DNA of 64,000 nucleotides from Psilocybe cubensis (Eukaryota): NCBI GenBank assembly GCA_017499595.2, contig CM039007.1, positions 1,116,001 to 1,180,000 of the forward strand, read 5' to 3'. Shown piece by piece: positions 13,118 to 24,053 of this stretch (position 1 is its first letter; each line of letters starts with the position of its first letter). The notes under the pieces were generated by a model. It saw only the letters and a program-made list of their open reading frames with translations, ran no database searches and was not told where the DNA came from. The position numbers and the translations under genes were made by a program.

Positions 13118-13846
13118 ATGCTAGCCAGACCTTTTGTGCTGTGCCTCGTGTCCTCTGCCATAACCTGTGTCATCGCCGCCCCAACCACCCCGACGGATGC
13201 TGATCCCTCTTCTTCAACAGATTCCGAATTTCCAGAGGTCATTCCAGGACCTGGCATGCCCTCCCTGGAGTCGCTTGGTTTGACTACCGCAGATCTCTAC
13301 CGCAATAGCACCTTGAGTATGTAATGTCCATTTCAATTCGGTTACGATTCCCAGGAGTATTGAATATCTATCAGAAGCGTTGTCTGCCAACCATGTTGAA
13401 CTTCTCATTACTTGTGAAAAAGGAGGGTTGACCGTCTCACAGAGCAGCGCGCAGGCATGTGTCAACTATTTGACCAGCCTCGGTACTACAGACTGCATGG
13501 TACCTGCAAACGGCCTAAGTCGCTTCTATTCAAGTGGAAACGCAAACATTTGGGGTACAAATGTCTGGGGTAACGGTCAAGATGTGCACTCCTGGTGGTA
13601 TGTATATTGCAATTGCCAACCATGGATAATTCACTAGAGTTGATATTGGACTCGTCACAGCTCGGATGTGGGCATAACCGCTCAGGATATTGTCAGCGGT
13701 TGCGTAATTACAAGTGGACAGGTAGAGGGTGAGCTGTGGTTATCACCATATACTCCGCACTTACTGATTTTCCCTTAGGCTATGGCCCAGCAGCCCAGAA
13801 TTCCAATCTACAAGTCAGCGTTGAGGCATATGATACTGTCTGTTAG
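13118..13846 (+). CDS. Small secreted cysteine-containing protein, 4 exons
   Basis: Signal peptide MLARPFVLCLVSSAITCVIAAP, then FPEVIPGPGMPSLESLGLT and ACVNYLTSLGTTDC. Three GT-AG introns keep the frame to ...VEAYDTVC*. TATA-like AATATAAAA near 13034. Confidence 0.8.
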
Positions 13847-15289
13847 AACAAGAACAAATAAGAAATATCGGAAGTTGTGCTTGTATGTTTTGTATGTTCA
13901 GCTTGGGCAATATCATGTTTCGAATGGTTTTAGCATGTTAGGCGCGAGACCCAGAAGAACGGTTTATGATACCGAATAGAATATTATAGTACAAATTTAT
14001 TCTATGCCTCAACATTCCTATTTAGATTCCGTGTACCTTGGTGAAGAAAAGGAACAACCTATGAGAGCACATACAAGCTTGATACAAGCCCGAGAGTATA
14101 ATGGCAAGCAGAACAGGCATTCCGAGCTCAAAGATATCCCAGCTGACATACAGCGCCAACCACCCTGGCCCAATTTTATATTCTCATCCTCATCCTTCCT
14201 TTCAATTAAAGTGAAAACCACAATGGTATGCCTTGTAGAGGAAACATACTAGACACATGTCCTGGACTTGGGGACCCAGTCACCCGCTGGAAATGATTAT
14301 TAGGTAAGCTTAGTCACCCTCCATTCCGCCTCGCCCCGCCCTCGATTGCTCGCCGCTCGTCACTCTCAGGTCACAAGTATTTTGACCTCTGACGCCGCCC
14401 ATTACCTCAATATACGGTGCCGCGCGACGTCTAAAACAAGCACAAACGCCGACTCCAGTCGCGACGCGCAACAGTGTCTGCTTCCTTCCCTTGTCGTGGT
14501 GTGCTGGGCTGTTTGTATTTCCCTCCCCCCGGCGCATCGTGATTGATTTTGGGGTAGGAAAAGAGGAAAAAGGTGGAGCCTGGGATGTAGGTGCTGGTGG
14601 GCTGTTCGTATTTCCCAGGTGAGATGAACTTGTTGTTTGTGACTCGATTTCTGAGTCGCGTCGTGCATCGTACGCGTTGTAATTGAGTGTGGGGTAGATG
14701 TTGTGATCAGAACGCACCCGGTCTCTCCCTCTGTTTTCGACGCATTGCAGTTCCCGCTACTGCGGGGTTGCGTTGCCTACCTTGTGCAGCAGGGGTTGGG
14801 TAGTTGGCTGTGCGTAGTAAAAAAGAAAATGAGCGCATGCTTACATTCAATATTGTCCTCACAGTCACTCATTTTCATGTTGGTGAAATATGTGTGCTCC
14901 CCCACTAGCCTGTATGGCGTCCCTTTGGTGTTGTTTTGAGGCGGCTGTAGGATGCGAAATTCAGAAGGCGAGTGCGCATGCCACATTTCATATCTGTTCC
15001 CGACGCCGTCCCCGACCAAATCCAATCCATTTGCAACACGGCGCCCACGGCGTCCAAAAACAAGCATTAGTGGTGCCAATTCCAAACGCGACGCGCGACA
15101 TATTCGCGTCGCACTTCCTTCCCTTTTCGTGGTGTAGTGGGATGCTTCACGTCCCTCTTGGCGGTGGGGTGTTTTTTGGGGCTAAGGTGAGCAGAGCTTA
15201 TTGTTTGTATTGTGGAGAAACTCAGCGTCTCGCCTCGCGTCGTACGCACCGCACGTTGTGTGGTAGATAAATATGACCAGAAAGCACCC

Positions 15290-16545
15290 GGTTGCTCTCT
15301 GACGCCGTCCATTGCCTCATAGGTATCTCGGACGGCGTCCTTTAACCAAACTCGATCGGCTGGGGTTGGCGACACGATTGCGCATCGCGTCCGCATCGCA
15401 CCATGTATGATAGACAATACGACCAACGCCCCCGCCGTCCATTGCCTCCATGCCACCCGTTGCCTCAATAGGTATCTCGAACGGCGCTCTTCGACCATAT
15501 TTGATCCGCTAGAGTTCGCCATCGCGCATTGCGTCCGCCACATTTGCAGCTGAGGGGGGGACCGTGACTGTGGGCAGTAACAAAGGTGACTTCGTGGTGA
15601 TAACAACCGATGTGCACCACATTAATTCTCCTTGGGGGTGTGCACCTCCTCACACAACTCACAGCGGAGGTCCTGTGTACAGATTCTCGCCAGGCTCTCA
15701 TGTGTTGCTGTGCTGTGCCCATGTTGGGTGTAATTATAAGTGGGGCGGGTAAGTGGGCTCATGTCGTTATCATTAAAACATCCAAACTATTCCGCGGTAC
15801 TTATGTCTGTCTCTTTCACGTTGGATTCTATTCACACAGTGTGGGTGGGCGTGTATTGTGGCGGTGGTTGTTGGTAGTGTGCAGCCAAAATAAGATGAGC
15901 ACTGTTCGCTCTCTAGCATCCACACCGTGCCGGCCCAGAAATATTCAGGCATGGGAATACGCTGTGGCTGGTGAGGGATTATCTCTCTACTGTTATTATG
16001 CCCTGTTTTTGTACATTGCACATCTACTGGCGCAATGTGCACTGGCCTGGATGCCCTTTGGGTTAATAGTGGGTTTGGTTTAGACCTTTCAGTACTGGGA
16101 GCACACGGCCGTTTGTGAGTATTATTTTCTCTTTTCCTACTTCTGCTATTCTACCTGCCGGTGGCCTAGGAATCCCCAGGCATGGGCATATACTGGTGCC
16201 GGCAGATAGAATAGACAGTAAAGATGTGTATCCTTATTTCTATACCTCCTCTTTCCTTGATTTGCGACTTGCATGCCTTCAATTCAACTCGCATGTCTTT
16301 GTGTCAACTTGTGTGTACCTTTGATTTGACTCGCTGCCTTCGATTTGCACGCCTTTGATTCGACTCACATGCATTTGACTTACGTATGTTCCAGTTACGT
16401 CGATTCGGCTTGCATGCCTTCGATTGCTTCCTTCAATTTGCATACCTTTAATTCGACACGCATGCATTTGACTTACGTGTGTTCAACTTATGTGCACACA
16501 TGAGCTACCCCAGGAATTTTCAGGCATGGAAATACACTGGTGCTG
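15290..16545. repeat. Patchwork of degenerate local repeats (possible transposon relic)
   Basis: GCCGTCCATTGCCTC...AGGTATCTCG(G/A)ACGGCG occurs twice (about 15303 and 15434). CCCAG..CAGGCATGG..ATAC.CTG occurs three times (about 15934, 16172, 16507). Short GATT(T/C)GACTCGCATGC-like units at 16260-16475. Confidence 0.55.
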
Positions 16546-16930
16546 CAAATGATGTTGCTCATACCCGACCTCCGGGATCTTTACGGGGCCAGTATCATGA
16601 CAGTAGGCCCTGCTTTCTTTGGGCTTCTTCGTCCTGTCTACACAAACATCCCATGAGATACGTACGTGTGCTCGTGTAATGTAGATTGGGTATACAGATG
16701 CACCTTCGGAGAAGTACAATTTCTCCGAATTTATGCTGATGATTCCGGAACCCAAATAACAACACCATGTGCAACCTGTCAACTTCAGAGGGTTTCTTTT
16801 TCGGCAAGTCTTTGTTATGACTTTGGCTCAGAGCCGTTGACAAAATGGAATGGCTCATAGTTGATTTATTCAACATCTGACTACACTTAGCTCGTCGACA
16901 AGTGCATTCTTTGACCGCTGACCGCCCTTG

Positions 16931-17272
16931 ATGGCCCCTTCATACTACGAGTCACTTTCAACGGAGGAGGATTCAGAGGAAAAACTCCTTGCCAACACCG
17001 AAGACCAGCGTTCAGCCACGCACACTGGCATTACCCGGGAATCATCTAACAAATTCAATTATTTGTCCTACATTCTCATTTTCCTGAGCATTGTTGCTTC
17101 AGGGATTAGTCTTACAACTACGCTCACCGCCGTTCGCGCTTCCCGCGCCTATTTTGCGCCTACCGATACTCTGCCACGCCCCAACGTTTTTGTGGGGCTT
17201 CCGAAATACCCTCAAGTTTCAAAACACTCTGAAGTCGGATCGCACATGGATCACTCGCATTCCCGCAACTGA
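16931..17272 (+). CDS. 113-aa single-pass membrane protein with His-rich C-terminus (cluster accessory protein)
   Basis: Acidic N-terminus (YESLSTEEDSEEKLL), one hydrophobic helix, LPRPNVFVGL motif and tail HSEVGSHMDHSHSRN. A GT-AG intron follows the stop codon. Confidence 0.7.
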   Translation: MAPSYYESLSTEEDSEEKLLANTEDQRSATHTGITRESSNKFNYLSYILIFLSIVASGISLTTTLTAVRASRAYFAPTDTLPRPNVFVGLPKYPQVSKHSEVGSHMDHSHSRN

Positions 17273-17454
17273 CGGTAAGAAATTTGGTATGATGAGTGAA
17301 ATTATTCTAATTTCTGGTATAGAGAACAAGAGAAGTGACGAATGAAGAGGACAAGTTGTTCTAGTAATTTCTTGCTTCGACACCATCCAATACGTTCTAA
17401 ATCGAATTTAACACCTTCAATCATGATTGCTATCAGGTTCTCTACTGCTGTGTT

Positions 17455-18136
17455 CTAATTGTCGTAGGTATCCTTATACTGCTCATAGTTACTTCCCATA
17501 TATTCCCATAATTGCTCCCAGTCCGTGCAACGATGTGCAATATCGATTCCGGTGACTGTCTCTACTATCTTTCCATCTGGAGTCCGCTGTTTATGGCTGG
17601 CTGGTTCTAGCGTGAGATCGGCATTGCAGAGAAGTATCTGTCGAAGATAAATGAGACAGTGGTGGACGTGTCCGATATCAAGCATTGTGTAGCCGTCGTT
17701 TTGAGGGTTGGATACCATTGCCATCCTGAGGTAGCGATGAAATGACCGTAAACAGTGCAAACTATGGAAATGGGAGACGAGGTAATGCTTCTGGTCGTCT
17801 GGGTGGTATATGAATCCATCGCCCATCGGTAGTATTGACTCCCATTCCGATTCATTGGAATATAGACCAAATCTCTCGGCTTTTGAAATTGTCAATGTAG
17901 CTGGTTGTATCTGAATTGGGAGTACGGCTTCCGTCTTTGATACTGTTTATGCAATTAGGTCTCAACAAGCGAGGTTATACTAGCAAAAAAATGGGCGTAC
18001 CGGGCTTGAATATTGCCCCAACGTTTAATGAAATGCTAAGTAAGTGCACCGAAAGCGATATAATGAGGGCGACTGAGGCAAATATCACTAGGAGCAGAGG
18101 GACCTTCACCGTGTGCTTCATACCGTGGCTGGTCAT
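17455..18136 (-). CDS. DUF3328/UstYa-like oxidase 1 (2 exons)
   Basis: N-terminal TM helix in exon 1 (MTSHGMKHTVKVPLLLVIFASVALII...). Two HxxHC motifs: FHSLHCL and HVHHCLIYLRQILLCNADLTLEP. C-terminal HRCTDW. Confidence 0.92.
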
Positions 18137-18759
18137 CACTGCAGTCTGAGTAGAATTTTGATAATGAGCTCTCTATATTAATTATTCAACCTATCTTCGA
18201 TCGCGAGCTTCCAAATTGATATGTGCCCGCTGACCTATCTATGGCTTTACATAACTGGAGAAGCTGTTGCCTTGAAAATTAAACAGAATTCATTATATTC
18301 ACCCGTTTTCGCATGTAATCCGAGCTCTCCGTGGGTTATGTCCAGTGGATTACAAGATGTATATGACCTTCAAAGTACTTAAAAATAAACTCTCATTACT
18401 AACCACTTGGTACAAATGATAGAATCACCGCACCTTCCTCAGGTCATGTTCTCTACGTCCAAATTTGTATCAATCCTAGACACGCCGTGTTACATAGTGC
18501 AATATCGTGTGTCTTTTTTGGTCGACCGTTCTACCCGCAACCCTCCCCACGTTGACGCTGTACTCGAGTCCAGGTCTCTATATTTAGACGCCCATGATCC
18601 AGGACATGGCAAACGTCGGAGAAACCAGAGGAAGAGATGGTCTATCGACCGATTTTTGACCGTATTCCCACTATCTAGAGCCTCGTAAAATGTAATTGAT
18701 GGAAAAATTGTTCAATCATTGTACAGAATCGCAGTGCTTGCTTGCCTCAACCAGTGACA

Positions 18760-19472
18760 ATGTGGAATAAACAAGCCCTCCTGCTGTCAATCTGCGTAGC
18801 CTTAAACATTATAAACGTATCGTACCTGGTATTTGCCTGGTTTGAATGGACCGTTGGAGAGAAAACCAAAGAATCCTACTGTCAGTCCACTTTATTACAA
18901 TGTCCTCGCATATATCTATTGTCTGATTTTTTCATCAACCTTCAGCCTACCTCGGCCACGACTATCCTGAGAGTCTACCAATGGGTGTCCAGAAGTCAAT
19001 CATTGTGCCATACGAGGAGAGCGAGATTTATCGCTTTACGGGCATTGAGTCAGATTCTGAGTGGCTTTCGCTTGCTGGCCCAGAGCAAGGATTCGGATAT
19101 TTGAGACTTGGACCACATAATCGCATTTTTGCCGTTTCAATGTTCCACCAAATGCATTGTCTTCGTATCATCAACCTTGCGATGAGCAAAGAACCCATTG
19201 CAACCCCTTCTCACCTACATCACTGTTTTAATTATCTCCGACAAGCAGCACTTTGTGGGGCTGATTTATCACTCGAACCAGGAGACTTTGAAGAGAGAGA
19301 CTTCAGTGACCAAAAGGTTAGTGGATGGCATAAATGCAAGGATTGGAGCCAAGCGTATTCCATCATGGAAAATAATTATGCCCAGTGGAAAGAAGCAGAG
19401 AATGTATGTCCATTCTACCGTTCATACCTGTTCCTTATAGACTGAGGGAGTTTGTAGGGTCACTTGAAATGA
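18760..19472 (+). CDS. DUF3328/UstYa-like oxidase 2 (3 exons)
   Basis: TM helix, then YLGHDYPESLP, FHQMHCL, HLHHCFNYLRQAALCGADLSLEP and HKCKDW. Confidence 0.92.
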
Positions 19473-19523
19473 GTGAGAGTTGGGTACATACTGTAAGATG
19501 TTAATTGCTTTCGACAAAATGCA

Positions 19524-20336
19524 TCATGGATTACTACTTCTAGTTACTTGTTGGAAATTCTCGTAATTACTCTCTGCAGCATTGTACACAGCTTCCCAAT
19601 CTAAACACACATGTGTCACTTCAGGTACTGTCAATCCATGCCCCTTAGACACCCTCACAGTCTCCAGTCGTACGTCAGAGTTACATAAAACCATTTGCCT
19701 TATATTGTTTATGCAATGATTTGCAACCTGAAGGCGCCTCGTATCCGAAGTGGAATCCGTTAATTTGTCGGCATAGAGATCGTCAAGATATTCTCGAAGG
19801 ATGCCTAGACATCGGACATGGTGTAAAACCCCTAAGGTGAAAGTCCTGTGATTTGGTCCCAGATGTACGAGTGCTCTTCCAGAAGGCAAGGTCGTGTTCC
19901 ACTCAGCACGTCCTTGAGGGGTATCAAATGCATAGTGCACCGTATTCTCCAGAGACATATATACTGAATCAAGCGGCGAGATATCCCAGAACATAGGATA
20001 GTCATCGCCTACATATGCTGTGAGTACATAATCAGCAAATAGAGTACATTGTAGATGCCAGTATGACGCACTGTATACAGTTTTTGATTTCTCAAAAACC
20101 TCATGTCCCGTTCGCCATCCTCTAACCATTTCAATTCTGCCGTAAAACCATAGTCCAAATCCCAACATCGGGATTAAAACAGTGGCAAAGAGTTTTTTGG
20201 AACCTAAGAATATAATCAATAAAAAATGTGCTACCCCGTAATGATGGTTGATATACTTGAACTCTGAAAGCATGGAGGTGTATATGACGAGGGCATTGCA
20301 AGATACAGCAGAGGTTAGAAAATTTGACGTCTCCAT
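19524..20336 (-). CDS. DUF3328/UstYa-like protein 3 with degenerate His motifs (5' exon structure uncertain)
   Basis: YVGDDYP, LHHVRCL, ANHCINNIRQMVLCNSDVRLE and HVCLDW. The ORF reads through at least one in-frame intron. Confidence 0.88.
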   Translation of the reverse strand: METSNFLTSAVSCNALVIYTSMLSEFKYINHHYGVAHFLLIIFLGSKKLFATVLIPMLGFGLWFYGRIEMVRGWRTGHEVFEKSKTVYSASYWHLQCTLFADYVLTAYVGDDYPMFWDISPLDSVYMSLENTVHYAFDTPQGRAEWNTTLPSGRALVHLGPNHRTFTLGVLHHVRCLGILREYLDDLYADKLTDSTSDTRRLQVANHCINNIRQMVLCNSDVRLETVRVSKGHGLTVPEVTHVCLDWEAVYNAAESNYENFQQVTRSSNP

Positions 20337-20555
20337 TTATAAGCAATCCATTTATTTTTTGGGAACAGCGTATAGGAGAATTGATAACGCGCTACTAATA
20401 TACAAATGATTGGCCAGTATGTGGACTATTGATGATCATTTTTGAAAGCCCATTTCTGTGACTCGTGTCCACCCCCATATTTCTCAAATCTGACCTTGCC
20501 AAAACATTCCACTCAGCATTAATCATATAAGGTATACAAATAACGTCCACACCAT

Positions 20556-20758
20556 CTAGTAGCAAAGTGCTAGACGACGAGCTTCAATGTCTTCAGCATC
20601 ACAGTCCACAATTTCCGCTGCACAAAATAAGTTTTAATTTCTGTGGGGAATATTGTAGACGGAAACATACTATGACCTGCCACAGGTGCAGAGTTTGCCA
20701 TCATGGCGAATACCAAGGCAATGGATGCAAGTTTGCAAAAAATACGAACTGGATACAT
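20556..20758 (-). CDS. 49-aa secreted peptide, candidate RiPP precursor: MYPVRIFCKLASIALVFAMMANSAPVAGHTEIVDCDAEDIEARRLALCY
   Basis: Exon 1 is 20758-20671, then a 53-nt intron GTATGT...TGCAG (20670-20618), then exon 2 at 20617-20556. Signal peptide with a likely ANS/AP cleavage, acidic spacer and dibasic RR. TATTTAA lies about 50 nt upstream. Confidence 0.75.
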
Positions 20759-21290
20759 AACCACTAGTGTAATGTGCGCCGATAGTTGACGGCATCTTAC
20801 TGCATTAAATAGATTCTAAAGTAGAAAGGTAGGAAGTACCAGTCATACATACATGGTATAATGATGCGTTCTTCTATCCAAAATATGCCGGAAAAACTGT
20901 GTTTACAACGGAACCTTGATCACCTTCTATGCAATGGTTTGCCACATGGAGTTTACAGGATTGAAAGAATGTGTTTCTAACAAGCTTCCCTAACAAAGAA
21001 CGAAGCAGCAAGCTATGTCTCGGAAGTTTCTATTTACAGGGTCCACCGGCCATGATACCTGGCCAATCATATTCTTGTTATATATTTTTGACTGAATGAA
21101 AGAACCGCACCCGTAGAAGTCATAGTCACTCTAACTCTCTATTTCTACCGGACAACGGATAAACTTCATTAATAAAGTTCTTTCCTACTAAATTGCTGTT
21201 ATCAAAGGAATAGCTTGTCACTGCTACTCCGATGAAAATCTCTTAGGTGCTTAGAACATCAGATGTACTCTAATCTGAGATAATGGTCGA

Positions 21291-22288
21291 TCAAGAAAGG
21301 ACGGTGACATCAGTCTGCATTTGGACAATGTAGAATCCTAATGTTTTGGGCCACTTTAATCCTGCGCCATGTAGCACGAGAATGGTGTAACATCGATAAC
21401 TCACCGGCCTTTGGCTCAGCACGTTGATCTTGCCAAAAGTCCACATGACATTCCGGGCTATCAGGCGAGCATGCTAATTCAAAGGTGCTGAAGTGATTTG
21501 ACCGACACAGAAATGGGACCAAGTCGCTTCCTCGGTGGTCGAGATGGATAATCCCAAATCTACTTCCTCGTAGTGGGGCGAATTTCCAACTCTTGCCGAT
21601 GTAGCGAGATATTTCGTGTGACATATTGAGGGTCCAAATATCAATTACAGACCCGTTTTGAGCAATGGAAGAAGGGTCAAAAGATGTGGTAAGAGGTGGT
21701 ATTGAGAACGATAGTGAACAATTTTCCATCCCAAAGTCAATATGTCGAAATTGAACAATTGTAGAGGTCTGAGTATACCAATATAACAGTAAGAGTTTTC
21801 AATGTATAAAGAGAGAATGGCAGTATCTACCTCATTCGTGATGACAATGCGACGTGCATCGGGATAGACAGCACCAATCTTAGCTTTCCGGCTCCGTGTT
21901 GTATCTTCCGACATTTGTCGAAGTGGATCATTAGCGTGTAGCTGAAAAGACACCTGGGGAAAATTGAATATTGGTGGAAAAACGTAATCGGAATGCCTTA
22001 GAGCACTCTTAAGATTGACATAGGTGCTCTGGCGACGTAGCGTCCTCCTGGGCTCTTTGGTTTCTGCTTCAGACCTTCCTTGATGAATCCTAATGCGCGT
22101 TGAAGTAGAGAAGACAATGAGCGAAAGCAAGGATGATAGAAAAGTTATGATGTATATGTAAAAAAATAGCGTGTCTGGTTTACAGATCGGTTAGCACTAT
22201 TGTTTCATGTTCCAGTCTCACTATCAGTCTATTTACCGTTCTTGGTCTTGTACCCACACGTGTGAGGTCTTTCGAAAGCGAATTGCAT
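21291..22288 (-). CDS. Membrane-anchored protein with a Cys-containing luminal domain (possibly But2 C-terminal-like), 4 exons
   Basis: Spliced model: MQFAFERPH...TM helix...LRRQSTYVNL...VYPDARRIVITNE/TSTIVQFRHIDFGMENCSL...FSTFELACS...CHVDFWQ...GFYIVQMQTDVTVLS*. Three canonical GT-AG introns. The family name is from recall only. Confidence 0.75.
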
Positions 22289-22509
22289 GCTGACGTTCCG
22301 GACTTTGGTGGTTAGGAGTAGTGAAGTGGTTTATCAAAAATGTTTGGAGAGGTGTATTACAATCTTGTAGTTCTCCGGGGCCTCTATCTAGAGACGCATA
22401 CTCTATTAGATTCTTGGCTTTGTTCTATTTTGGAGGCTTTTCAAACGTATGTTAAAACTTGAGTTCGATTCGGCAAAACACAGCTACATGCTAGAGATAA
22501 AAATATCTA

Positions 22510-22990
22510 TTTATAGGCCGTCCAAGCTCACTGAACTCCTGAAGCGGAGCACCAAACAGACGTCAATGAATTCAGACCAGACGGTAATATATGAGTATTA
22601 TTTCTCCGTGAGTTCCATGCAGTTTATGGTTGTCAATTCGACCGATTTCCAGATTCCTACTGGTATCTACTCGAACATGTTTGGACCTGACGGAGACCCC
22701 ACGGTTGCAAGTGCGCCGTATGTACTCTTTGATACTTTCATATCCATCACTATCACTCAGTTCTATTTGAAAGAATCATGCAAAACTGGACTATCATCGG
22801 CCGATTACACCTTGTCAGAGTGCCAACCTTGGTGATCAACGGTAAAAAGGACATCTCGCAAGACTTCGTTGTTCAGCCATCTTTTGACAGAATCCAGAAG
22901 GTTAAACGGGTCACTTTGGAGAATTCGAGCCATTCTCCGTTTATAGAGGAGACAGAACGGCCCGTGTACATGAAACTCATTTCAATTTAA
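22510..22990 (+). pseudogene. C-terminal remnant of a proline iminopeptidase-like (S33, alpha/beta hydrolase) gene
   Basis: NWTIIGRLHLVRVPTLVINGKKDISQDFVVQP...LENSSHSPFIEE carries the catalytic Asp and His region. No upstream GxSxG exon or start was found, and the frame is disrupted. Confidence 0.65.
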
Positions 22991-24053
22991 TCACTCCAAA
23001 CAAAAGACCAACCGAGAAAGTTTGTCAGGAACGTTTTCAAGTTTGCATTGTTTTGAAAAAAATACCCTTGTTGAAACATCGATCCAAGTGAGCCCAATTA
23101 GATATTACACTACTAGTGACTATACAGCCCTGATAATTGATTTTTGGCTAGGTAGACCCAAGGTAGACCTACCCTGTTTATCATCCATCCTTGTCATATT
23201 ACTTAGTCCGTCTCTTCGGCCCGAGGAAGCTTATCAGTGATGGCCTTTGTGAACCCAATCAACTTCGATCTATAATGACTTCACCGTGTCGCCCATTCTG
23301 TTTCGCATTCGAGGTATAAACAGAACTACATTATCATTGATCTCATTCGGTTTAATCGTCCTCAATCTGACTAGCTGACAGACTTCACGGATCATTACCG
23401 ATTACAAGTTCATCACGGGTTTCTTCTTAATTTCTTCTTTGCAGCAAGAATGATCATTGATTGTGGTGAATCATCTCATGATCAAACATCTGTAGCGCTA
23501 CCTGGTTTGCTTATCTGTGTTAGTAGGTTTTGTGACATCTGGTGAGTATACCGGTTTAAATTTAAATTGAACAGAGGTATGATCTGAGGTCTTTCTCTGT
23601 GAGTTTCGCCGTTCTGAGTCCGTACATCGCTAATGATCAATTATCTGCCGAACTCAAACGAGAGAAGCATCTGCTTCCATGCAAGAGTCTACCTCTTTCT
23701 TCCCTCCGAAGCTCCTTTCCATCATCTTCATCAAAGAAATATGTACAATGCTGCAGTTACATCTGCATCATCAAGCCCTGTAGGCGTGTGAATGAAAAAT
23801 TGAATACCTAGCACAGTCTTTGTTATCAAAGACATAATTTACTTCTAAACCGCAAGTGAAGAAATCATTACGCTCGGAACAATTGCCTTGAAAGCTCGGG
23901 AGAATCAGCACAACTCTTGAAATATCAGGTGCCAAGTTCAAACGGGTTACATGGTGAGCGTGTAATTGTCGATGAGCATATAACGTACCTATGAAGTCTA
24001 AAGCCACATAGGTCTCTTGCAGCTCCAAGTCCTGTCAAAATTTCTCACTCAAT

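Noticed and set aside
20556-20758. Mating pheromone precursor (CLA4 is linked to the pheromone/receptor locus in some mushrooms)
   Set aside because: It ends in CY rather than CaaX and has a signal peptide. No STE3-like receptor was recognised in the window.
20570-20764. Unspliced 64-aa ORF from the track
   Set aside because: It reads through a canonical 53-nt intron; the spliced 49-aa model is more coherent.
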